Shown here: positions 1 to 7,254 of the stretch, piece after piece | How positions within the stretch are numbered: position 1 is the first letter of the stretch | Layout: every line of letters starts with the position of its first letter | Source of the DNA: a virus | Lineage: Duplodnaviria > Caudoviricetes | Direction: 5' to 3' (one strand) | Virus record (IMG/VR): IMGVR_UViG_2918829582_000002 | Location: 3,435 to 67,434 of that record | DNA: 64,000 nucleotides | Program-made: the position numbers and the translations under genes | The notes under the pieces: generated by a model | The model's input: only the letters and a program-made list of their open reading frames with translations | Told to the model about the DNA's origin: nothing | Databases searched by the model: none

Positions 1-383
1 TCCTTTCCGATGTGGTGCACCTTGCAGAGCAACATTCCGTTGACGGTCATGTCGTCGACGAACTGCGTCCAATCTGTGAAGCTGTCCCAGTCGAACGCCT
101 TGATGGCTTCGCCCCACACGCCGGCTTGCGCGTCGACCTTGAAGCGCTCCCAGTCGATCATTTCGGCGAAAGAGCGCTCGATCGGATGGTGATGCGCCTC
201 GAGCGGATGCCCGCTCTCCTCCGCCGTTGCGTTGCAGATGAAGCAGCGGCCACCCTCGCGCGCGAGCAGAACCTTGCGCGTGCGCTCGAACAGCGCCGTC
301 GTCTTGCGCGGCTCATGGCCCGGAATGTTGACCGCGACGGTCAACGTCTCTTTCTCTTCGTGGATTTGCGTAACGTCGGTCAT
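1..383 (-). CDS. HNH-like protein, 3'-truncated by the window edge (not in the supplied ORF track)
   Basis: Manual translation from ATG 383: MTDVTQIHEE...GRCFICNAT...PLEAHHHPIE...NGMLLCKVHHIGK; CxxC, EAHH and LCxxHH pattern is HNH-like. Confidence 0.7.
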   Translation of the reverse strand, partial: MTDVTQIHEEKETLTVAVNIPGHEPRKTTALFERTRKVLLAREGGRCFICNATAEESGHPLEAHHHPIERSFAEMIDWERFKVDAQAGVWGEAIKAFDWDSFTDWTQFVDDMTVNGMLLCKVHHIGK

Positions 384-393
384 GGTCGTAAAC

Positions 394-418
394 AAAAAAA
401 GCCGCCCTAAGGCGGCTT
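394..418 (-). terminator. Intrinsic terminator
   Basis: AAGCCGCC-TTAG-GGCGGCTT stem followed by a T run on the minus strand. Confidence 0.85.
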
Positions 419-434
419 GCTGAGATTGCCCGGA

Positions 435-1784
435 TTAAACGACGGGCCGCATCTGGAAATCGGAGAAATACACGTCACCGCTCGCGGATCCACCGCTCGC
501 GTCAAACACCATGCGGACGTAACTGCTGATCGACGTGACACCGGCCTGCAACTGAAACGGCGGTGTGCGCAGCCGCCCTGATACCGCGATGGCTGGCATC
601 TTGAATCCCGTCTGCCGCACCATATCGACAGCCTGGTGCGGCGTGGCCGGGCCGATTTCGGCCATCTGCAGTTCCAGTCCGACCAGATTCACCGGCGCCG
701 CTGCAAACTGCACCGCACACGACAACTCGACAACGGCGCCTGGCACTATGTACGAGGATGGGTTCGTGGTCGGTTGCAGGATGTATGTCTCTGCCGAAGT
801 GCCCACGCCAGTGATATTCACCGTGACGCGCTGGCGCTCCCCCGAAGTCGGGCCATCGGTGCGCGGGTTTTCCTTCGCGCCTGTGAACGTGAGAGCGGTC
901 GACGTACCGGCGCCGCGGTACAGCTTGAATCCTGTCGCGACCTGGCCGGTTGGTGTAACTCCTGTATTCGCGACGAGCAATCCTGCCGTGCCGAGCAACG
1001 CCGGGTTGGCGTTTAGAATGCCGCGCGGGTTGTTGGTCGCGTCGTAGAGATCGGCGGGGCTGCACGAGAATCGCCGCGGCGGCCAGAGTTGCGTAATGAC
1101 GTCGGAGATCGCTTTCCCGAGCCAGTAAGCACCGATCATGCTCGGATGCGTGCCGTCGTATAGACGATCGCTCAGCGCACTGCCGGCCGCACCGGCGTAA
1201 TCCTCCATGTAGTCCTGCGCGTCGATCAGGATGCAACGCACGGACGAGGGGACTGCATGCTGAGCCTGCGCAAAGCGGCGGATGTAGTCGTTGAACTGAT
1301 TTTTGACGCCCAACGCATAGGCCGTGATGCCGACGCGAGGATATTCAAGAAGGACAATCGGCTGGATACCGGCCCTCTGGAGCGGAATGATGATCTGGTT
1401 CGTCCACTGGTCGATCATCGTCGCAATGGGCGTGATAGCAAGGTCGTTTGTTCCGATCAGCACGAAGCAGCGGCTCACGCCCGACGCGATGACGTTCGGC
1501 ACGCGCGCTGCACACTGCGCGATGGTGTCGCCCGATTTGCCGAAGTTCAGCGTATCGTCGAAGTGGAACCGCTGGCCCGAGAGAAAGCGGGCCCAGTTCA
1601 GATAACCGTTGGCCGCAAACTGCGTGATTGTGGGCGCCGTCGAAATAAAAGCGTCCGAGACCATATCAGTCCGGCTATCGCCCAGCGCTGCGACTGCGTT
1701 CTCATGCAATCGGCTAACCGTCAGCGGCGCATAGCGGCCATCGCCGACTGATTTACTCAGGCTCGGCGCGTCAAGAATCCCCAT
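435..1784 (-). CDS. SGNH/GDSL esterase-domain protein, probably virion/tail associated
   Basis: True start likely ATG 1784 (GAGG RBS). Blocks LGDSRT, NFGKSG, IGTND, DGTHP; C-terminal beta-rich carbohydrate-binding-like region. Confidence 0.85.
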   Translation of the reverse strand: MGILDAPSLSKSVGDGRYAPLTVSRLHENAVAALGDSRTDMVSDAFISTAPTITQFAANGYLNWARFLSGQRFHFDDTLNFGKSGDTIAQCAARVPNVIASGVSRCFVLIGTNDLAITPIATMIDQWTNQIIIPLQRAGIQPIVLLEYPRVGITAYALGVKNQFNDYIRRFAQAQHAVPSSVRCILIDAQDYMEDYAGAAGSALSDRLYDGTHPSMIGAYWLGKAISDVITQLWPPRRFSCSPADLYDATNNPRGILNANPALLGTAGLLVANTGVTPTGQVATGFKLYRGAGTSTALTFTGAKENPRTDGPTSGERQRVTVNITGVGTSAETYILQPTTNPSSYIVPGAVVELSCAVQFAAAPVNLVGLELQMAEIGPATPHQAVDMVRQTGFKMPAIAVSGRLRTPPFQLQAGVTSISSYVRMVFDASGGSASGDVYFSDFQMRPVV

Positions 1785-1792
1785 GTGTTGCC

Positions 1793-2257
1793 TCAAGTGA
1801 TGGTGATGGCGGGCTGAGCCGTAACGGCACCGGTTGAATCTCGAGTGACTGCAGGCTGAGTGACCGTGTGTGTCACGTTTCCATTGACGTAGGTCGCATG
1901 CCACGCGTCGATGGCGCCCGGAAATGTCGTGCTGGCGGTGTCGGTCGTGAATGTTCCGGTCCCGCCATCCGGCCAGACAATGCTTGCCGTAACGATTGCC
2001 TCGTTCGCATCGCGCGTCGCGGACACAAGCCGGAAGGCGCTCGAATACGACCATTCCAGAAGGTTTTGAGGCAGCAATGCGGCTAGTGCTGTGCTCACGG
2101 TCGACGAGGCACTCGACGCGCTGGCCGCTGCGGCACTAGCACTGGCAGCCGAAGCCGATACAGCTTGGGTGATCTGCTGATTGACCGCGGCACTCAGCGT
2201 ACCGAGCTGCACAACCTGTGTCGTCCCGCCATTCACGCTGATGGATAGCGAACTCAT
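1793..2257 (-). CDS. Hypothetical tail-associated protein (Ala/Ser linker plus beta-rich C-terminus)
   Basis: 154 aa ORF overlapping its upstream neighbour by 4 nt; fibre-like ASASAA stretch. Confidence 0.6.
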   Translation of the reverse strand: MSSLSISVNGGTTQVVQLGTLSAAVNQQITQAVSASAASASAAAASASSASSTVSTALAALLPQNLLEWSYSSAFRLVSATRDANEAIVTASIVWPDGGTGTFTTDTASTTFPGAIDAWHATYVNGNVTHTVTQPAVTRDSTGAVTAQPAITIT

Positions 2258-2673
2258 ACGGTTGTCCTTGGATCAAGCGAGACGATGCCCTCGAGCAGAT
2301 AGCCAACATTCCCGCTCGGATCGGTGTATTTAAGGTCGTACAGACCGAGCCTGAAGACAGGGTAATTCGTCAACGTTGGAAGGGAGGGCAGGCCGGTCGA
2401 TGTGAGTGAAGAGGTATCAGCATCAGCGATAATGACGTCGATAGTTCCCGCAGTTCCGCCCAGAACAATCCTGCTACCCGTTGATGCCGCGCTCGACACG
2501 GTCAGCATCGGAGTGAGTCCGACACCGCGCGCAATCGACATGGCCATTGAATAGCCCGTCAGGTTCATCGGCGCGCCATTGTCGTCAAGCCAGGTTAGCG
2601 ACAGCGAGAAATCGCCTCCCTGTTTGATCGTGAAGCTGAAAGAGCCAACGCCCGAGTTTGTCGTGATGGCCAT
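2254..2673 (-). CDS. BppU-N-like/Ig-like tail adaptor protein
   Basis: Pattern TIKQGGDFSLSLTW..G.P.NLTGY...YDL..TDPSG...LLEG seen in phage baseplate-upper/fibre N-terminal domains. Confidence 0.6.
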   Translation of the reverse strand: MAITTNSGVGSFSFTIKQGGDFSLSLTWLDDNGAPMNLTGYSMAMSIARGVGLTPMLTVSSAASTGSRIVLGGTAGTIDVIIADADTSSLTSTGLPSLPTLTNYPVFRLGLYDLKYTDPSGNVGYLLEGIVSLDPRTTV

Positions 2674-2756
2674 GAGAATCCTGTGAACAGCCTACTGGCT
2701 GTATTTGGCGTTTAGCCGGTATGCGGATAAATGCGGAATAGCTGTGGGGCGGATAT

Positions 2757-3320
2757 TTAGAGGCCCAGCGCTTTCTTGGCCGCGGCGTAGAGGGCTAGGC
2801 GCTCCGAGTAGCCGTTTGGCATCGCCTTCGAGTGCGGATTGCCCAGGTTCACGGCGCGGGATACGGCGAGAAAATCACCGGCTAGGGCGCTGAGCTTGTT
2901 GTTGTGCCAGAACCAGGCGGCAGAGAGCGCCGCATCGGCGGTTTGCTCGAGCAATTCCGGATGGTTGATGAGATCAAGGTCAAGCGCGAGCCCGCAGAGT
3001 GCATAGTTCGCTTTGCCAGTGATCTGGATGCATCCCCGGCCGCGGTACTTAAAACCGTCGCCCGGATCGGTATTGCCAAGCGCCTTGGCCTTGTCTGACG
3101 GAGGCTCATAGCGCTTCTGTTCTTCAGTCGGCCCCCACAACTCGCGCAGAAGCGTTAGGCGCGCCGATTCAACGCCGACCGTCGCAAGGAATGCTGCTAC
3201 GTCGAGCGGCGCGGTGATCAAGTATTTGTCGCATGCAGCTTGAATCGGCTGCAGCCATTGGGCCGCGCGCAGCACGGTTGCGCCGCAGCCGGCGGCGATG
3301 ATTGAGGCATTCAGTTGCAT
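2757..3320 (-). CDS. Endolysin, glycoside hydrolase family 19
   Basis: Start MQLNAS (3320); motifs AAFLATVGVES and YRGRGCIQITGKANY. Confidence 0.9.
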   Translation of the reverse strand: MQLNASIIAAGCGATVLRAAQWLQPIQAACDKYLITAPLDVAAFLATVGVESARLTLLRELWGPTEEQKRYEPPSDKAKALGNTDPGDGFKYRGRGCIQITGKANYALCGLALDLDLINHPELLEQTADAALSAAWFWHNNKLSALAGDFLAVSRAVNLGNPHSKAMPNGYSERLALYAAAKKALGL

Positions 3321-3334
3321 AGCGAGCGCCCAAT

Positions 3335-3356
3335 AAAAAACCCGCCGAAGCGGGTT
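3335..3356 (-). terminator. Intrinsic terminator between the holin-like gene and the endolysin
   Basis: AACCCGC-TTCG-GCGGGTT stem then TTTT. Confidence 0.8.
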
Positions 3357-3357
3357 G

Positions 3358-3651
3358 TTACTTGTCAGCTTTTTTGTCCAGCTTTTCCTCAATCCGATCT
3401 AGCTTCGCAAAAACTGCATCGATTGATCGATTGAACGCATCGATCGCCTTCTCGACAGAGGAGTGCGTCGCGTAAGTCTCTGCACAGTGCAGCTTGAACG
3501 CCGCCAGGTCGTCAGATCGCTTCTGAAGCGCTTCGTCGTGTGCCTCTAACTTCCTGTCCAACTGTCCGATGGAGCGTTTCAACATCCATCCGAAGACGGA
3601 ACAAATAGCGGTAGCGGCAGCGCCACCGATGCCAGCGGACATGAGATCCAT
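3358..3651 (-). CDS. Holin/antiholin-like protein (one N-terminal TM helix, coiled-coil C-terminus)
   Basis: Hydrophobic N-terminus, charged tail, directly upstream of the endolysin. Confidence 0.55.
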   Translation of the reverse strand: MDLMSAGIGGAAATAICSVFGWMLKRSIGQLDRKLEAHDEALQKRSDDLAAFKLHCAETYATHSSVEKAIDAFNRSIDAVFAKLDRIEEKLDKKADK

Positions 3652-3673
3652 TGAGGCCCCGATTCAGAAAAAG

Positions 3674-3696
3674 AAAAAGCCCGCGGGTGCGGGCTT
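3674..3696 (-). terminator. Intrinsic terminator (second of a tandem pair after higA)
   Basis: AAGCCCGC-N4-GCGGGCTT then T run. Confidence 0.8.
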
Positions 3697-3740
3697 GGTC
3701 GTGTGATTGGTTGGGCAAATTCTGCGCGGGAGCAGAAAAG

Positions 3741-3765
3741 AAAAAGCCGCCTCTGTGGGCGGCTT
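3741..3765 (-). terminator. Intrinsic terminator (first of a tandem pair after higA)
   Basis: AAGCCGCC-N6-GGCGGCTT then T run. Confidence 0.8.
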
Positions 3766-3786
3766 GTGTGGAAATTGGCTGTATCG

Positions 3787-4104
3787 TTACAGGGCTTCGA
3801 GCATCGTTAGCGTTTCTGGATGCTTTTCGACGAGCTTGATAAGCACGGCTGCTTGAGCGTTGGGTTTGGCTTTGCCTTGCTCCCAATTCTCATATGTTCG
3901 CTTGTTGATGCGCAAACGAGCCGCCATAACGGCTTGCGACGAATGCGTGGCTTCGCGCACGGCCTTGATCTCTTCTGGCGATACCTGGACGACTTCAGGG
4001 GATGCCGCGGTGAATTTATGCAGCGTTACTTTGCCCTCGCGCTCTGCAGCAAGGGCATCCATCCCTTCCTTCAACTCGGCAAACAGACTGCGGCGCTTCT
4101 TCAT
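3787..4104 (-). CDS. higA: HigA-type antitoxin (XRE HTH)
   Basis: C-terminal HTH (SQAVMAARLRINKRTYENWEQG..KPN); downstream of and overlapping a RelE-like toxin. Confidence 0.85.
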   Translation of the reverse strand: MKKRRSLFAELKEGMDALAAEREGKVTLHKFTAASPEVVQVSPEEIKAVREATHSSQAVMAARLRINKRTYENWEQGKAKPNAQAAVLIKLVEKHPETLTMLEAL

Positions 4105-4466
4105 GATTCGCTCCTTACTTTGGCTTCTTTGTGCCTAACTCGCATTTCAGATGCCAGCAACCCGGCGAATGCCTTGCGCTCATCGTTGGTAAGGTCATCC
4201 ATCTCATCCTTGTCATAGATGGTGAACAACCAGAACTGAGTCCCCTCGACCCAATAGTAGTAGATGACTCGCAATCCGCCTCGCTTTCCCTTGCCGCGCC
4301 GCTTGTCGCCAAAGCGCAACTTTCTCAAGCCGCCCGTACCTTTGATGACGTCGCCGGCATCAGGCTTTTCGAGCATCACATCCTGCAACGCCCGATACTC
4401 GTCATCCGATAGATAGTCGGAACGATGTTTCTGGAACGTTGGGAGTTCGACGAAGGTTGCTTGCAT
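4101..4466 (-). CDS. higB: HigB/RelE-family toxin
   Basis: GDVIKGTGGLRKLR...GKRGGLRVIYY...LFTIYDK motifs; toxin-before-antitoxin order. Confidence 0.9.
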   Translation of the reverse strand: MQATFVELPTFQKHRSDYLSDDEYRALQDVMLEKPDAGDVIKGTGGLRKLRFGDKRRGKGKRGGLRVIYYYWVEGTQFWLFTIYDKDEMDDLTNDERKAFAGLLASEMRVRHKEAKVRSES

Positions 4467-4473
4467 AGGAAAA

Positions 4474-4502
4474 ACTATACGCTAGCTGCGTATGGTGTGC
4501 AA
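4474..4502 (-). promoter_or_regulatory. higBA sigma70-type promoter with palindromic operator
   Basis: TTGCAC-17 nt-TATAGT; overlapping inverted repeat ATACGC-N5-GCGTAT at 4477-4493; ATG only 7 nt after the -10. Confidence 0.75.
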
Positions 4503-4537
4503 GTGCAATATTTGTTGTTGCGTCCCCACAAAAACGC

Positions 4538-4567
4538 TTGACGATTCAGACCTATTGGGTCTAATAT
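4538..4567 (+). promoter_or_regulatory. Promoter with palindromic spacer upstream of the HTH gene
   Basis: TTGACG-18 nt-TAATAT with AGACC-N5-GGTCT in the spacer. Confidence 0.55.
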
Positions 4568-4667
4568 CCATCCCAGAGCTAGCGCAATCTCGCAGGCCAC
4601 CAACCCGAAAGGACGTATCCAATGAAGATCAGCGACAGCACGCGCCTCGACCGCGCACCCAGAAGAC

Positions 4668-4961
4668 ATGCCAATCCAATTCAGCGAACCATCGACAGAA
4701 GACCTGGCGGAACTAAAACGTCGCCGCAATGCGACCGGCAAGGAGATGGCCGATCTGTTCTGGTTGGGCGGCGACCATCAATGGCGCAAATACACCGGCG
4801 GCCAGGAGCCGCGGAAGATGAGCCCGCACATGGCATTCCTCGGCGCGGCCAGGATGGCGCTGACTCAAGAAGAGTTCGAACGCGTGCTCCAAATGATGGA
4901 GACATTCGGAGCACGCGTCAGGTTGGACTCCGATGGAGGAGCGGAGCAGTCACGCTCCTGA
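4668..4961 (+). CDS. Small XRE-like HTH regulator
   Basis: LAELKRRRNATGKEMADLFWLGGDHQWRKYTGG resembles an HTH. Confidence 0.6.
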   Translation: MPIQFSEPSTEDLAELKRRRNATGKEMADLFWLGGDHQWRKYTGGQEPRKMSPHMAFLGAARMALTQEEFERVLQMMETFGARVRLDSDGGAEQSRS

Positions 4962-5045
4962 TAGCGGGCTGCGAATCGGCTTCGAGAAGACGTTGACCAG
5001 CCACAAGTCAACGTCGAATCAATACCTGATTTCTCGGAGCTAAAA

Positions 5046-5963
5046 ATGCATACACAACAACGTGTAGTTCAGTCTTCCCGCGTTCGACGCACCGTCGTTC
5101 GCAAGCCGGCACCCGTCACTCGATCCAGTCGTCAGATTGGTGCCCGCTGGCGCTCTGCCGCGATCGCGATGGCGTTGGGATGCACAGCCGCACTCAGCGC
5201 ATGCGGAGGCGGCGGAGGCGGCGGCCAAGAGGCTTCGACGCCATCATCGGCCGCATCAAAGCCACAGGCAGCGCAGGAACAGTGCTATATCTCGGACGCC
5301 AAAGCCAATCCGACATGCATTGTCGACGCAGCGGTTCTGAATCGATCAGTCGTCAACTATGGCGACGACACGCGCATCAAGGCTGTGCTTGCGAAAGCGG
5401 CTGCGGGGCGACCCATCACCATAGCGGCCATCGGCGGCAGCGTGACGCAGGGAGCCTGGTGCACCGAACCGCAATACTGTTATGTGGGCCGCGTGTTCGG
5501 GTGGTGGCATGCCACATTCCCAAAATCGAAGATGACCCTCATCAACGCGGGAATCGGGCAAACCGACTCGGCTTTCGGCGCGCAGCGCGTCCAGAACGAT
5601 GTCCTCAAATACAACCCGGACTTCGTGATTGTTGACTTCGACGTCAACGACCAGTGGAACAGTAACAGCACGGCGAGCTACCGGGACTTGGTCCAGCAGA
5701 TTCTCAATGCCCCGTCACATCCGGCCGTCATCATGCTCGCCGTGATGGATCGCTCAGGCCACAACGCTCAGGACTGGCACGTGCCTGTAATGCAGGAATT
5801 CAACCTTCCTTACGTGAGTGAGAAAAACGCGCTACTGCCAGAAGAGCAATCAGGCGCGCTCAACGCGGTCGATATTACGCAAGACGCCGTGCATCCCAAT
5901 GACCTTGGGCACGAAGTGCTGGGCGAACTGATCGCATACCGACTTCAGTCGGCGATGCATTGA
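5046..5963 (+). CDS. SGNH-hydrolase lipoprotein
   Basis: Lipobox LSAC then Gly linker; SGNH blocks IGGSVT, NAGIG, DFDVND, DAVHP. Confidence 0.85.
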   Translation: MHTQQRVVQSSRVRRTVVRKPAPVTRSSRQIGARWRSAAIAMALGCTAALSACGGGGGGGQEASTPSSAASKPQAAQEQCYISDAKANPTCIVDAAVLNRSVVNYGDDTRIKAVLAKAAAGRPITIAAIGGSVTQGAWCTEPQYCYVGRVFGWWHATFPKSKMTLINAGIGQTDSAFGAQRVQNDVLKYNPDFVIVDFDVNDQWNSNSTASYRDLVQQILNAPSHPAVIMLAVMDRSGHNAQDWHVPVMQEFNLPYVSEKNALLPEEQSGALNAVDITQDAVHPNDLGHEVLGELIAYRLQSAMH

Positions 5964-6057
5964 TGCGCAATGGGTAACAGATTTTAATGCGTTGAAAGAT
6001 TCCGAAATGTTGTAACATCTGCAAGTTTTCAAAAGCAAAAGAAATCTGGAGAGAAAA

Positions 6058-7254
6058 ATGAGGGGCGCCGAACCCACTGCCGATCTGCCGCGCAGTTCTA
6101 GCCAACGATATGAGTCCCTTGACGGCCTGCGCGGAGTCGCCTCTCTCGTCGTCGTTCTGACGCATATGATGCTTACGCAACCAGCTTTCTGGTCGCGTGT
6201 AATCGGTGATGACAAGTCTCCCTTATCTGCTCTTGAGACTATCGTCTTGCGAACGCCGGTTCGACTTCTGTTCGGCGGAGACAAGGCTGTCATCCTGTTT
6301 TTCGTGCTCAGCGGGTTCGTGCTTTCGCTACCGTGGCTGAACAATCGGGCGCGCTCTTATGGCAACTTCCTACTGTCTCGCGTGTGCCGCATCTACATCC
6401 CCTACCTGGTGGCGATGCTGATCTCAGCGTTGCTCGCTGCCGCAATTGGAGGGTACCCGATACCTGGGGCGAGCGGATGGATCAACGGGTATGGTTGGAC
6501 AAACCACCTTCAGCCGCTAGGGGCGCCAAGTGTGCTGCTGATGTTGAACAACGTCTACAGCACGTGGATTGACAATCCAACGTGGTCGTTGGTATGGGAA
6601 ATGCGCGTCTCGCTGTTTTTCCCGCTCATCATCATTCCGGTCGCACGATTCGGAATTACTGGCGTGATAGCAGTGGCCGCAGCGCTTTGGGGCGCTTTTC
6701 ATGCTGGGCAGTCAATCGACGCTCATTTCACAGCTGCCAGCGCGTTCCTGGGCGATGTGCACCACGCCTTCTACTACGCTTCGTTCTTCCTGATCGGCGC
6801 GATCCTGGCGAAATACCGCGGCTTTCTGTTCTACGCATGTTCTGACCGGGGCGGCATTGGCTCGATAGCCATGGTCATTGCTGGCTTGACCATTTGGTTG
6901 ACGACATGGGGCGCTAAAACAGAACTGATGGAAGGACTAGGCGCGGCCGCATTGATCGTAGCGGCCGCTTCCTCTGGCTTATTCCGCGAGTGGTTGATGA
7001 CGGGTCCGATTCAGTGGTTGGGCAAAGTTTCCTATTCGCTCTACCTCATCCACGTTCCTATCATCATGGGTGCCGAATATTTGCTCCACACCAGGATGTC
7101 CCACGCGGACATTGCCTGTATCGCCGCCGCTACTTCGCTGCTTCTGGCCGAGGTTTTCTATCGTGCGGTGGAGCGCCCATCGCATGAGCTTGGCAAGTCG
7201 ATCACCAGCCGGAGCAAGGCAAAGCGAGCGCCTGTTCATGCGGCGCAGGCTTAG
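6058..7254 (+). CDS. Acyltransferase-3 (OafA/YrhL-like) membrane O-acetyltransferase
   Basis: SLDGLRGVA, FFVLSGF, RIYIPY, WSLVWE, LGKVSYSLYLIH, VERP motifs; many TM segments. Confidence 0.92.
   Translation: MRGAEPTADLPRSSSQRYESLDGLRGVASLVVVLTHMMLTQPAFWSRVIGDDKSPLSALETIVLRTPVRLLFGGDKAVILFFVLSGFVLSLPWLNNRARSYGNFLLSRVCRIYIPYLVAMLISALLAAAIGGYPIPGASGWINGYGWTNHLQPLGAPSVLLMLNNVYSTWIDNPTWSLVWEMRVSLFFPLIIIPVARFGITGVIAVAAALWGAFHAGQSIDAHFTAASAFLGDVHHAFYYASFFLIGAILAKYRGFLFYACSDRGGIGSIAMVIAGLTIWLTTWGAKTELMEGLGAAALIVAAASSGLFREWLMTGPIQWLGKVSYSLYLIHVPIIMGAEYLLHTRMSHADIACIAAATSLLLAEVFYRAVERPSHELGKSITSRSKAKRAPVHAAQA

Noticed and set aside
12-410. Plus-strand 132 aa ORF
   Set aside because: Shadow of the minus-strand HNH-like gene, which carries recognisable motifs.
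1793-2756. Spanin (Rz/Rz1) genes after the endolysin
   Set aside because: The downstream ORFs lack an N-terminal TM helix or lipobox, and no embedded lipoprotein ORF was found.
4622-4996. 124 aa ORF with a good RBS overlapping the HTH gene
   Set aside because: Arg/Pro-rich translation without motifs; the overlapping frame gives a recognisable HTH. Kept only as a possible leader or scar.
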